DNA from: an uncultured Bacteriovoracaceae bacterium
GTDB taxonomy: Bacteria > Bdellovibrionota > UBA2394
Reading direction: 5' to 3'
Length of the DNA: 64,000 bases
NCBI GenBank assembly: GCA_964598565.1
Contig: CAZRCG010000009.1
Location: forward strand, 1,943-65,942
Numbering within the stretch: position 1 is the first letter of the stretch; the number at the start of each line of letters is the position of its first letter. Position numbers and translations under genes: made by a program. The notes under the pieces were generated by a model. It saw only the letters and a list, made by a program, of their open reading frames with translations. It searched no databases and was not told the origin of the DNA. Below, in pieces: positions 35,835-45,720 of the stretch.

Positions 35835-37538
35835 TTAGAGTGGAATAGGCTCTGTGGATTTCGGAAGACTGAGCGGGCTTTTTGCCAACGGAATTGTGAA
35901 GCAAAAAACGGTCTCCTGATCATTAGAACGCTCTAACCAGATTCTGCCGCCTTGGCTCGCCACTAAGGTCTTCGCTATATACAGGCCCAATCCCGTACCC
36001 GAAGTGCCCCGCTTGGAGCTCCATTTCAAAAATCGATTGAACAAGTAGGGCTTAAATTCATCTGGGATACGTGGACCTTTATTGCTCACTCTTAAGCATG
36101 CAAACGACGTATCAACAACAGCTTCCACATAGACCGATTTCTGAGGTGTGGCATATTTGACGGCATTGCCCACAATATTAACGAGAATTTGAATCATCCG
36201 CTCTCGATCGCAACGAACGATGAGCTCCACAGGAGTCGTATGAAATTCCAAAGTTAACTTTTTTGTGTCGGCCATGGGTCTCAAAATATCTATGGCTTCT
36301 TTCACAATGGGATAAAGAGCATGATCCTGAATCTCCAGTGAGATTGCACCTGCGCGAATACCTTCAGCATCTAAAAAGGTGTTCAACAAGCTTAGCAGCC
36401 GATCCGTCGTCGCCGCTGTCTGTGCGATCGTTTTTAGAATTTTGGGCTTAGGCTCGCCCACTTCAACCATTGTTGCCAATAGTTCAGTGGCCATACGGAT
36501 GGACCCCAAGGGGCTTTTCAATTCATGCGAACTGATCTCTAAGATATCTTGTCTCGCTCTGACAGCCCGCTGGGTCATCTTAAATAATCGCATCATATGC
36601 TTTTGGACTCGGTCGCGCTCTTCGATCACCGACGCAAATATAAGAAGACATACGGTTGTTATACTTAAAAAAATCGCAATCTGAATGATTGCCCAGCCCC
36701 CCGACAAAAAGAGAAACTGGGCTCGCCCAGAATATTCGGCAAGCAGGCAGCCTCCGGCCACAATAAAGTTTGCCAAGACCGCACTCGCCATACGTCCTCG
36801 AAAAACTGCCCAAACTACAAAGGGGTAAATTACATAGATTTGAAAATAATAACTCAGGGCATCAGGCAAGATTCTCGAAAAAATCACCCATGATACCACG
36901 ATAAAAACCCCCATCGAAACAAGGGCCTTTTGGTTCTTAAATGATTTCTGAAAAACGCGCTGGCGAGAAAATGGCAATAAAATAAGGGGCGTCACTATAA
37001 GAATACCCAGACAGTCGCCTGCAAACCAGGCCGCCAAATTCTCTAGATATTTACCAGATTCCGTCACTCCCGTTAGGGTTGAAGCAGAAACCCCTAGAAA
37101 AGCTCCCATCAAAGGCCCTAAGCCTCCAGCTACTGCAAGAAAGAAAATGACTCCTTTTACATTTCGCAGTGAAAGAGAAAACCACTTGCTCTGTTTCAAG
37201 ACGACAGACACGATCGTAAGATAAATGGCCGGCGGTAACGCGGTTGCAAATGAACCTACGAACGAAACATCTGAAACATAAGAGTTTGCAAAAGCCCCGA
37301 CAAAAATACTCACACATACCCAAGGCGTAAAAAGAAGGCTCATGGCCAATGCCCATCCTGACGCGGGCCAGATAACGCCAACAAAATTATTCACCAACGA
37401 GTGATGAAAACTCCACTGGGCCATTAAAAAGTAGACCGTCGCTACAACCACCAAAAACATAAACTGTTGGTATCGCTCCCAGTCGTCATAGGGAGACCGT
37501 CTCAGCGTATATCTTTCTTCATGATGGCGACTGCTCAT
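35835..37538 (-). CDS. MASE1-domain sensor histidine kinase
   Basis: Multi-TM MASE1 motifs (IWPASG, WFAGDCLGILIVTP); SHELKSPL, NAVKY, GTGLGL. Confidence 0.9.
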   Translation of the reverse strand: MSSRHHEERYTLRRSPYDDWERYQQFMFLVVVATVYFLMAQWSFHHSLVNNFVGVIWPASGWALAMSLLFTPWVCVSIFVGAFANSYVSDVSFVGSFATALPPAIYLTIVSVVLKQSKWFSLSLRNVKGVIFFLAVAGGLGPLMGAFLGVSASTLTGVTESGKYLENLAAWFAGDCLGILIVTPLILLPFSRQRVFQKSFKNQKALVSMGVFIVVSWVIFSRILPDALSYYFQIYVIYPFVVWAVFRGRMASAVLANFIVAGGCLLAEYSGRAQFLFLSGGWAIIQIAIFLSITTVCLLIFASVIEERDRVQKHMMRLFKMTQRAVRARQDILEISSHELKSPLGSIRMATELLATMVEVGEPKPKILKTIAQTAATTDRLLSLLNTFLDAEGIRAGAISLEIQDHALYPIVKEAIDILRPMADTKKLTLEFHTTPVELIVRCDRERMIQILVNIVGNAVKYATPQKSVYVEAVVDTSFACLRVSNKGPRIPDEFKPYLFNRFLKWSSKRGTSGTGLGLYIAKTLVASQGGRIWLERSNDQETVFCFTIPLAKSPLSLPKSTEPIPL

Positions 37539-37550
37539 CAGTTACCTCAT

Positions 37551-38156
37551 CTACATCGGAATTACAGAGTTGAATAATTCAGCACGGCTTTTGACCGCGC
37601 ATTTTGAAAATATATTTGAGATATGCGTTTTAACCGTCTTGATTGATACGGAACGCAGCTGGGCAATTTCAAGCGACGAAAGCCCCTTCAATAAAAGTTC
37701 AGCAATAATTTTTTCGGTATCAGACAATCGATGTTCATCAAAAAATCGTTCGGCGATACCATGAAGGCCACGAGGTTCGTCCCAAATATTATCCAAAGCA
37801 ATCTTTAGTTGCTTCGATGTAAAAGGTTTCTCCAATAAATATAGAGCTCCTCGATTGGTCGCTTCTTTAGCGACCTCAGAATGCAGGTGGCCTGTCATCG
37901 CAATCACGGGCAAACCTTTGGCATTGGCTTTCGATACAACGTCTAGCCCTTCTGGGATTCTCTCTTCGTTCAAATAAATATCGGTAATGACTGCGTGGTA
38001 CGAACGCTCCATTATTAAATGGCTGGCCTCTTCTAGATTCCCTGCCATCTCAACTTCTGCCTTAAAAATATCGCAGTGATAGACAATCCAGTCTCGTAAA
38101 ATTGGATCATCTTCAACGACAAGAACCCGCCCTCGATTTATCTCTCGTTTGTCCAT
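37551..38156 (-). CDS. Response regulator (REC plus LuxR HTH)
   Basis: VEDD, ITDIYL, KPF; LSDTEK...EIAQLRSVSIKTVKTHISNIFSK. Confidence 0.92.
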   Translation of the reverse strand: MDKREINRGRVLVVEDDPILRDWIVYHCDIFKAEVEMAGNLEEASHLIMERSYHAVITDIYLNEERIPEGLDVVSKANAKGLPVIAMTGHLHSEVAKEATNRGALYLLEKPFTSKQLKIALDNIWDEPRGLHGIAERFFDEHRLSDTEKIIAELLLKGLSSLEIAQLRSVSIKTVKTHISNIFSKCAVKSRAELFNSVIPM

Positions 38157-38334
38157 GGAAAGCCCCTCTTGGCGCTATTTGCTTCGATTGTCAATGGCGG
38201 ACTGTAGGACCTAGGACTGATGACACTCTGAGACGGGGCGCTTAGAAGTGGGGTGTCTTGACAAGGGATGAATGGATGAAGGAGCAGAGTGGGTGAGAAG
38301 CCACGAGGTCAAGATGAAGGGAATTGGGTGAAGT

Positions 38335-38910
38335 GTGGATGAAAGGATTATAAAGATGTCAGATGTTGTTCCGCTCAACCAAACACGCAAACCTAAGTTA
38401 ACAACTGTAGGAGAAAGCAGCAGCCCTAAAAATACTTTTCGATCGCCAGAGATTTATGACGATTATGAATGGCTCAACCAAACGAAAGCGGTGGATGTAC
38501 TAAAAAAACGCACCTTGGCGGTATCGGATGCTTCCGAAACTTCACTGACATCAGATCTAATCGACCATGTTTTACAGAACTTACCTCCCATTCCCATCGT
38601 TACCAGGCAAGGAGCTTTCGCCGGATGCATTTCTGGATCTAAACTATCAAAGTGGTTTTGGGGAGTGGTTCGAAAGTTAGTGGAGCAACCTTTGACCGTG
38701 AATGATTTAACAGAGATGACCGTTCAGATTAAAGAATTAATAGCGCCTTACAATGCGCCGTCGATTAGCCCAAGCACCTCTTTGAGAGCAACCCTGCGAC
38801 TCTTAGCACATCGAGGCTCCACGTTTTTGCCGGTTGAAAAAAATACAGAATTTCTTGGCCTTATTACAAGCGATGAGATTGTTAAAGCGCTCTGTCGAAG
38901 AGGATCCTAG
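38335..38910 (+). CDS. CBS-domain protein
   Basis: PSISPSTSLRATLRLL...LPV....FLGLITSDEIV; start may be ATG 38356. Confidence 0.7.
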   Translation: MDERIIKMSDVVPLNQTRKPKLTTVGESSSPKNTFRSPEIYDDYEWLNQTKAVDVLKKRTLAVSDASETSLTSDLIDHVLQNLPPIPIVTRQGAFAGCISGSKLSKWFWGVVRKLVEQPLTVNDLTEMTVQIKELIAPYNAPSISPSTSLRATLRLLAHRGSTFLPVEKNTEFLGLITSDEIVKALCRRGS

Positions 38911-38919
38911 TAAACAAAC

Positions 38920-39043
38920 CATTCTCCCTGAGGCGAGGTCCGCGTTCGTCGCATCACTCAGCGCACACTTTTGTGTGCTGATCTTCCCTAAACCCCGCCT
39001 ATTTCCCAAAACACGGAATGCGGGCCTCACCTCAGGGAGAATG
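38920..39043. other. 124-nt long-stem inverted-repeat structure between convergent genes
   Basis: 28-bp arms at 38920-38947 and 39016-39043 (25 Watson-Crick pairs); inner hairpin GCACAC-TTTT-GTGTGC. Confidence 0.7.
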
Positions 39044-39235
39044 ATCTTTCAAATTCTGCTTCTCACGTACAAGATTCTCGAAGCTTTCTCTCTGTATCGC
39101 CATCGACGCTGTTGAAAAATCGTCCCGCAATTTTCGAATGAAGGAAGCCGTCAGAAAACCTGCCAATAGCAATAGTATAACGACTAAAATTTGAAGGCGA
39201 CCTTGCGTCATAATCTCCTTGTTCGCTTGAGTCAT
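39032..39235 (-). CDS. Small single-TM hypothetical protein (67 aa)
   Basis: One hydrophobic helix; last gene of the tatA operon. Confidence 0.6.
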   Translation of the reverse strand: MTQANKEIMTQGRLQILVVILLLLAGFLTASFIRKLRDDFSTASMAIQRESFENLVREKQNLKDHSP

Positions 39236-39238
39236 AAA

Positions 39239-39676
39239 CTACTTTTTCGAATGTCCCAATTGGTCCACAAGGTCATTAAATTGAGCAACGAGGTCTTTGA
39301 ACAAATCGTCTTTGCGAGTTTCCCATCGCTCAAGTTTGCCCTTCTGCTGGCATTTATTGAGATGCTTTGAAAGCGAAAACAAAGGTCCGGCAATTCTGCG
39401 ACTGAAAAAGATAGCCTGAAGTGCGGCAACGAGAAGCAAAATCACCACAAAACAAAAGGTGATGAGAACTCCAAGCTGCATATGTTTGTGAATCAAGTCG
39501 ACAAAAGTCTGGCTGAGCAGACCGGCTAAGTTCATGAGTTCTTGCATGAGAACTTTGAACCACAGATAAAGCCCCACTCCAAAAATTGACAGAAAGAGCG
39601 CAGTATAGAGAACAAAATTAAAAATAAACCAGCGTTGAAAGAGCGCTAAGACAACAAGTTGCTTTCGAGCTCTCAC
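39239..39676 (-). CDS. Two-TM membrane protein with HAMP-like tail
   Basis: Two TM helices then SRRIAGPLFSL...RKDDLFKDLVAQFN; 4-bp overlap with tatA. Confidence 0.7.
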   Translation of the reverse strand: MRARKQLVVLALFQRWFIFNFVLYTALFLSIFGVGLYLWFKVLMQELMNLAGLLSQTFVDLIHKHMQLGVLITFCFVVILLLVAALQAIFFSRRIAGPLFSLSKHLNKCQQKGKLERWETRKDDLFKDLVAQFNDLVDQLGHSKK

Positions 39677-39897
39677 GCCGCACCATCTTTAGGGTCTTTG
39701 GTAGAATCCTCAGATGAGGGCTTCTTATCGTCCTTCACAGGCGTCACATCGATAGAATCTTTCTCTTTCATAGCCTTCTTAAAATTTCGAATTCCTTGAC
39801 CAATGCCAGCCCCTAATTGAGGCAACTTCGAAGCCCCAAAAAGCAAAACCATGATCGCCAGTAAAATAATAAGTTCTGTTGTTCCAATTCCAAACAT
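39673..39897 (-). CDS. tatA: Twin-arginine translocase subunit TatA/E
   Basis: MFGIGTTELIILLAIMVLLFGASKLPQLGAGIGQGIRNFKKAM. Confidence 0.95.
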   Translation of the reverse strand: MFGIGTTELIILLAIMVLLFGASKLPQLGAGIGQGIRNFKKAMKEKDSIDVTPVKDDKKPSSEDSTKDPKDGAA

Positions 39898-40077
39898 GGG
39901 CAAGTCTCCCTTGGCTTTATTCTATCGCGTCTTTCACAAAAAGAGGCCCCTCATTGACGAAGGTCAGCCCTCTGTTTGAAGAGCCCCTTCAGAATGATTT
40001 CTATGCCGCGGCATGTCACGAAAAACACTCAATAAAATTAGAGGCTTCCTTTACACTATTCTAAAGGATCTCATTGC

Positions 40078-42489
40078 ATGCAACCAACACTTCGCATCCA
40101 AAAACCAGCACGTCCGCTTTTGGCAGTCATTCTCACCGTCTCAGGCGCGTTTCTAACGTTAAGTCTTGCCACCTACGAGCCGCGCGACCCTTCTCTCAAT
40201 GTCGCTGTCTCAAAAGTCGATACAATTCATAACGCCGGTGGGCTCATTGGTTCGTGGCTTAGTGATTTTCTGATTCACAGCTTTGGTCTGGTGGCTTATG
40301 GCTTAGCGTTGGGACTCTTGTTTTTTGGTGTAGGCCTTTTTCGATCGAAGACTTATCTGTTGCAAGAGACTGTTTCGGCGAGAAAAAGTTCGTGGCATTT
40401 ACCCGTAGGTCTCACCCTACTGCTCGTTTTTTCTTCCACTCTTCTGTCGTTGCTTTCGTGGCGTATTTTTGGAGAAATTCCTCTCGGCGGAATCATCGGC
40501 TACTGGGTCGCCCAAGCTGGAATTTTTTGTTTCAGCACCACCGGCACCACTTTGGTTTCGGCGGGTGCTCTGTGGGCCTCCTTTATTTTGCTGTCTGATC
40601 GTATTTCCTTACCTGCGTTTTTTAACCCAGAAAGATTCGCTTCGGGATTAAATCTGGTGAAAGAGCGCTGCGCTGCACTGATCTCTACGTGGAAAAAACC
40701 GACAGCCGAAAAGACTCCTTCCGTTCACCGAGGCTCGGAACTGTGGGGACGAAAGTCTGTAACTGATCTCAAGTCTGTGTCTAACGAGAAGACTCACGAT
40801 GAAGCGACGCCACCAAAGAAGGCAGCGGCCATTCTTCCGTTATTCTCTCGAGCCTCTTCCACACCAGCAGAAAATAGCGACCGAGTACTCTTGCTGGATA
40901 GAGCTCCGAAAAAGGAACCCACCAAAAGATCTGCATTTGATTTACCCTCACTCGACTGTCTCGACATCAATGTCGAGCGGCATTTTGAAGTGTCGAGAGA
41001 CGAACTGATCGCTAATTCAAAGACGCTCGAACAAAAACTATTAGATTTCGGAGTCGAAGGCCGCGTCACTAATATTCATCCTGGCCCTATCATCACGCTT
41101 TATGAATTTGAGCCTGCTCCGGGCGTCAAAGTTAAAAATGTGCTGAATCTAACGGACGATTTGAAATTAGCATTGCGCTCTCAAAGCATTCGAATCATAG
41201 CGCCTATTCCAGGAAGAGCCGCTATTGGCATTGAAATTCCAAATCCGAGACGTCAAACTGTTCTCTTAAGAGAGTTGCTATCATCCGTTCTCTTTCAAAA
41301 TTCGCCTTCCAAGCTCGCTATGGCTATGGGCAAAACAACATCGGGCGATGCTTATATTGCGGATCTGGCAAAGATGCCTCATCTGCTGATTGCAGGGGCA
41401 ACAGGATCTGGAAAGTCTGTGGGTCTTAATGCCTTAGTGGTCAGCCTTCTTTATAAGTGCAATCCCGATGAGTTGAAATTCATCATGATTGATCCGAAGA
41501 TGCTCGAACTGTCGGTTTACGAAGGAATTCCTCATTTATTACTGCCCGTGGTTACAGATCCAAAGAAAGCAGCGCGAGCGTTGGCCTGGGCTGTTAAAGA
41601 AATGGAGAGACGTTACCGCCTGATTTCATCGTTGGGGGCACGCAATCTAAAATCGTACAATGATAAAGTAGAGCGGCTCTCTGCAGATGAGCTTAAGAAA
41701 GAGCTGGAGCGTACGGCGAAAACAGAAGAAGCCGCCAGCGCCATTGTCGATGTCACCGATACAGATGATGCGGCCACAGAAGAAGCGCAGAAAGCAGCGC
41801 TGACCGAAGCTGGCTTAGATCACTATGTGCAGCTGCCTTATATCGTGATCGTTATCGATGAGTTAGCCGATCTTATTATGGTGGCGGCTCGAGATGTAGA
41901 AGAAAGCATCGCTCGTTTAGCTCAAATGGCTCGAGCGGCGGGCATTCACTTGATCATTGCGACGCAAAGGCCCTCTGTCGACGTCATCACAGGCGTTATA
42001 AAAGCGAATCTACCCACACGCTGCGCTTTTCAAGTGGCCTCAAAAGTTGATAGTCGCACGATTATTGATACGAATGGTGCGGAGAATCTCATTGGCGAAG
42101 GGGATATGCTTTTCTTACCCCCTGGAACAAGTCGTTTAGAAAGACTCCATGGGCCTTTCATCTCTGAAGACGAGATCGCGAAAGTTGTTCGCTTTTTGAA
42201 GAACCAACGAACTCCTGATTACAGTGCTGAGATCGATATTGAAGAGCGACCCGATGCCGAGAGCGAAGCTCTCGAAGATTTTGATGATCAACTCTATGAT
42301 CAGGCTCTTCAGGTCGTGTTTGAGACACGCAGTCCTTCAGCGTCGATGCTGCAACGACGCCTCCGAGTAGGATACAATCGAGCGGCTCGCATGATTGAAC
42401 GCATGGAGCGTGAAGGCATTGTCAGCTCTCCATTAGCTGGCGGAAAAGGTCGCGAACTTCTCGTCTCAAGCTCTGCTGTTGACTCTTAG
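40078..42489 (+). CDS. ftsK: DNA translocase FtsK
   Basis: 4TM N-domain, GATGSGKS, IDELADL, QRPSVDVITG and gamma domain LQRRLRVGYNRAAR. Confidence 0.97.
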   Translation: MQPTLRIQKPARPLLAVILTVSGAFLTLSLATYEPRDPSLNVAVSKVDTIHNAGGLIGSWLSDFLIHSFGLVAYGLALGLLFFGVGLFRSKTYLLQETVSARKSSWHLPVGLTLLLVFSSTLLSLLSWRIFGEIPLGGIIGYWVAQAGIFCFSTTGTTLVSAGALWASFILLSDRISLPAFFNPERFASGLNLVKERCAALISTWKKPTAEKTPSVHRGSELWGRKSVTDLKSVSNEKTHDEATPPKKAAAILPLFSRASSTPAENSDRVLLLDRAPKKEPTKRSAFDLPSLDCLDINVERHFEVSRDELIANSKTLEQKLLDFGVEGRVTNIHPGPIITLYEFEPAPGVKVKNVLNLTDDLKLALRSQSIRIIAPIPGRAAIGIEIPNPRRQTVLLRELLSSVLFQNSPSKLAMAMGKTTSGDAYIADLAKMPHLLIAGATGSGKSVGLNALVVSLLYKCNPDELKFIMIDPKMLELSVYEGIPHLLLPVVTDPKKAARALAWAVKEMERRYRLISSLGARNLKSYNDKVERLSADELKKELERTAKTEEAASAIVDVTDTDDAATEEAQKAALTEAGLDHYVQLPYIVIVIDELADLIMVAARDVEESIARLAQMARAAGIHLIIATQRPSVDVITGVIKANLPTRCAFQVASKVDSRTIIDTNGAENLIGEGDMLFLPPGTSRLERLHGPFISEDEIAKVVRFLKNQRTPDYSAEIDIEERPDAESEALEDFDDQLYDQALQVVFETRSPSASMLQRRLRVGYNRAARMIERMEREGIVSSPLAGGKGRELLVSSSAVDS

Positions 42490-42519
42490 AGCGCAGCAGA
42501 AATTTTTGATTTATCAGGG

Positions 42520-43287
42520 TTAAAACGGTTTGGAAGAAATCGGCCACAACCAAAGGTCGTGCTTCGACGATAGATTCGATATCAGTTCGTTCGAGCCCTT
42601 CAGCTCGTAGTTGCCAGACGACACGACCAGTTTCAATTTTGTTTTTGTAGTGGGTACGGAAGGCACTGTCAGAAAAAAGGGAATTCCCGGATGCCGTTCT
42701 ACCAAATCACGACTTGCTAAGGCCACCGACACAGATTCAGCGGCCCAAGAAATAAGGCGCCCTTCAGAAAAATATCCGACAAACGGAAAGCTTTGCCTTA
42801 ACTGATGGAAAGACCCTTCCAAATCGGATGAACTTCGCTCGGTACCTTCATAACGTACCGTATCCCAATACAACTTCGACTCCGTATCAAAGGCTCTAAA
42901 AATAAGATGTTGATCGCGATCTTCATCGACCCAAAACACGAGTTTCGTCTCAGCAGCCAATGAATTTAAAAGACTGATTTGCGACGGTTCATCATAGACA
43001 CGATCAAAAGATTGACACTCTAAGCCCCAAACATTGTCGATGGCTTTTCTCACAGACAGCAATACGTCAGATCGTACTCGTGAGGAGCGGCCTAAAACAC
43101 AAAATAAAGATTCTGGGGAAGATGACTCTAAAGACTCCTCGCCCCGAAGACCCTCAGAACTGCAAAGAGTAAACGCCCCTAGAATCAACGCTAAGATCTT
43201 AAAACCACTGAATATTCTCTTGCTCTCAACCTTATCTCCTCTCCATACTATCGAGGTGAGGAGATTGCAGTCTCTTAAATGGGTCAT
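42520..43287 (-). CDS. Hypothetical protein, probably exported; start uncertain
   Basis: Long ORF with a signal-like hydrophobic segment near the N-terminus. Confidence 0.55.
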   Translation of the reverse strand: MTHLRDCNLLTSIVWRGDKVESKRIFSGFKILALILGAFTLCSSEGLRGEESLESSSPESLFCVLGRSSRVRSDVLLSVRKAIDNVWGLECQSFDRVYDEPSQISLLNSLAAETKLVFWVDEDRDQHLIFRAFDTESKLYWDTVRYEGTERSSSDLEGSFHQLRQSFPFVGYFSEGRLISWAAESVSVALASRDLVERHPGIPFFLTVPSVPTTKTKLKLVVSSGNYELKGSNELISNLSSKHDLWLWPISSKPF

Positions 43288-44068
43288 TGTTCAGACCACT
43301 CCTTCGTCGCGTGCGCTCTGCCTCAAGGATATCCTACATAAAAAATTTCCTCAGCATTCTTTTTCGTACTTTGATACAAAGAGCAAACGGCAAGAGCTTA
43401 GATCTGCCCATGGCATTGTCTTTGAACTAAAAAATCTGAATCCCAAGACCTTACGCAGGGCAGATACGCTGCTACAACAACTCGGTCGCATTCCTCGCAT
43501 TTTAATTGTGACACCCGAGGGATACCAGATCCTCACCAAAAGACATCCTCTTTGGATTGATCATAGCCTCATTATTTTAAGTGAAACGGCTAGTTTGGAC
43601 TATTTGCTTCATATTCCGCGTTTAATTCAAGAGGTCATCAATAAACGTGATCTTAAACGACAAAACGAAGAACTCCGAAAGATGATCAATGATAAAGTGC
43701 AAGAAATCTTCAAGAGTGGCACAGACGGCGTCTTAGATGAATTGATGGACGATACCCATCCCCCTCCCTGCCGCATTAAAGTTACCATGCGACGCTGGCA
43801 GGCTACGTCTCGGAGGCTTGGCTCGGCGATGGCCCAAAGCACTCTTTTTGAAACTCTTCACCAAACGATTGCCCAATCGGTACGACAGGGGGACCGCATT
43901 CTGCATGCGAAAGAGAATGAGTTTTTAATTTTTTTGGACAAAACCTCCAAGCCCCAACTGGAGCGGTGTAGAAAGCGTATCGAAGCCGCTCTGGCGCAAG
44001 TCTCTCTTTGGGCGAATGACAAACCAATTCCCTGCCCTTTTGAGGTTGTCACGATTGCCGATCATTGA
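43265..44068 (+). CDS. Degenerate GGDEF-domain protein with intact I-site and receiver-like N-domain
   Basis: RQGD, 5 aa, KENEF at 43883-43924. Start placed at TTG 43265 after GAGGTGAGGAG; the track start at 43034 overlaps the divergent gene. Confidence 0.7.
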   Translation: MQSLKWVIVQTTPSSRALCLKDILHKKFPQHSFSYFDTKSKRQELRSAHGIVFELKNLNPKTLRRADTLLQQLGRIPRILIVTPEGYQILTKRHPLWIDHSLIILSETASLDYLLHIPRLIQEVINKRDLKRQNEELRKMINDKVQEIFKSGTDGVLDELMDDTHPPPCRIKVTMRRWQATSRRLGSAMAQSTLFETLHQTIAQSVRQGDRILHAKENEFLIFLDKTSKPQLERCRKRIEAALAQVSLWANDKPIPCPFEVVTIADH

Positions 44069-44093
44069 GTAAGCCTTTAGACTTTGTAAGTGA

Positions 44094-44171
<78 letters not shown>

Positions 44172-44283
44172 TGACTGACAAGGACACAAGGACACAACAG
44201 ACGCTCTACACCATTAAGTGGGGCAGAGCTATCATCCGGCCGTCTCTCAAACTATTATCCCGTCAAAGAGAAATTTTGGGGCT

Positions 44284-45720
44284 TTATATTTTTTGACGAT
44301 CCGCAGCACCCCATGTTGTAGGGCTCCCTGAAATGAAATCCCACAGACCAAGCAAACGATGATAGGCAGTAAACTGCCGAAAACCTAGAGGCTCGAAAAA
44401 AGCCGCCAATAATAAGACGAAGAGATATTTGATTCGCTGATATTTATGATAAGCTCCTTCTTCGATAAGCACCGCCCCCATCGACATGAGTACGGAGAAA
44501 AAAATATCGACCATAAAAAGTAAAATAACGAGTTCCCACTGCACCCATCCGAGCGCGAACCCCACCAGAACGACCGCATAGGCACCCAGTTCGAAAATCG
44601 GCCCCAAGAGTTCAAAGATAATAAAATAGGGAAAGGCAAAAAATCCCGTCAACCCAAAGCGCTTATTAAAGAGCATACGACGATGGACAAGCAGTGATTC
44701 AGCAAGACCTCTCTGCCATCGTCGACGCTGTCTCGCCAGGCTGGCCCAATCTTCGGGAACCTGAGTCCAACAAATAGGGTCAGGTATGAATGCGATACGC
44801 TGAGACAAGTCTTCGCGACCAATAGTATGGCGCAAGCGCAAGACGAGTTCCATATCTTCTCCCACCGTAGAGTCCAGAAAGCCGCCGATATCCATAACGA
44901 GACGGCGATTGAATACACCAAAGGCCCCCGAGATAATGAGCGTACAGTCAAAATAATTCCATCCAATGCGACCAAACAGAAAGGCTCGCAAGTATTCCAC
45001 TACCTGAATGAGAACAATAGGCTTTCGAGATATCCCCACTTGAACGATTCGCCCGTTCTCGACGCGAGATCCATTCAGCGGTCTCACTGTGCCCCCAGAA
45101 GCAATCACGGTTTCGGACTCTTCGATAAACGGCAGCGCCACTTTCACGAGAGCATCATCATCAAGAACTGAGTCGCAATCGACGGAGCAAAATAGGTCGT
45201 ATTGTGCAAAGCCAAGCCCCACATTGATAGAGTCCGCTTTGCCGCCATGACTTTTATCGATGACTATTAAATTGCGATAAAAGCGTGATCGATAAACTCC
45301 TCGAACGGTGCTTTTCGACAAACGGTTATCATAAAACAGTTCTGCTTTCTCAAGGCCAAAAAACTCTTTCAGCTTCTGCATCGTATCATCGCGAGACTCG
45401 TCGTTGACGACGATGACCTCATGAGCCGGATAATTAAGACTGAGAAATGAGAGCGTCGCTTCGACAATACCGGCTGACTCATTGTGGGCCGGCGCAATAA
45501 TAGAGATGGGAGGCCCTAAATCATGGGTTCGAACCCATATCGATCGGATCATAGGATGCGCCACCATCGCGCGGCGCACGACGAAAAATGAGACAATTAA
45601 TAGAACTAAATTGATAAGGTTGCTGATAGAAAAATAGACAATCAGTAGAATCGCGACCCAGTGAAACATGGCCGGCCAAAAGGAGTTCTCAAAGAGGACA
45701 TACAGGCTTTCGTCAAACAT
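44284..45720 (-). CDS. Processive GT2 glycosyltransferase (PgaC/IcaA/chitin-synthase-like)
   Basis: VNDES, HGGKADSIN, DCDS (DxD), GEDME and QRRRW (QxxRW); flanking TM helices. Start ATG 45720 overlaps the HEAT gene stop. Confidence 0.9.
   Translation of the reverse strand: MFDESLYVLFENSFWPAMFHWVAILLIVYFSISNLINLVLLIVSFFVVRRAMVAHPMIRSIWVRTHDLGPPISIIAPAHNESAGIVEATLSFLSLNYPAHEVIVVNDESRDDTMQKLKEFFGLEKAELFYDNRLSKSTVRGVYRSRFYRNLIVIDKSHGGKADSINVGLGFAQYDLFCSVDCDSVLDDDALVKVALPFIEESETVIASGGTVRPLNGSRVENGRIVQVGISRKPIVLIQVVEYLRAFLFGRIGWNYFDCTLIISGAFGVFNRRLVMDIGGFLDSTVGEDMELVLRLRHTIGREDLSQRIAFIPDPICWTQVPEDWASLARQRRRWQRGLAESLLVHRRMLFNKRFGLTGFFAFPYFIIFELLGPIFELGAYAVVLVGFALGWVQWELVILLFMVDIFFSVLMSMGAVLIEEGAYHKYQRIKYLFVLLLAAFFEPLGFRQFTAYHRLLGLWDFISGSPTTWGAADRQKI

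Noticed and set aside
39032-39235. Type I toxin-antitoxin reading of the 67-aa TM protein plus hairpin
   Set aside because: The gene is the tail of the tatA operon (3-bp gap), with no separate promoter or antisense gene evident
43034-43264. N-terminal 77 aa of the GGDEF-like ORF
   Set aside because: Low-complexity shadow of the divergent gene; a strong RBS precedes 43265
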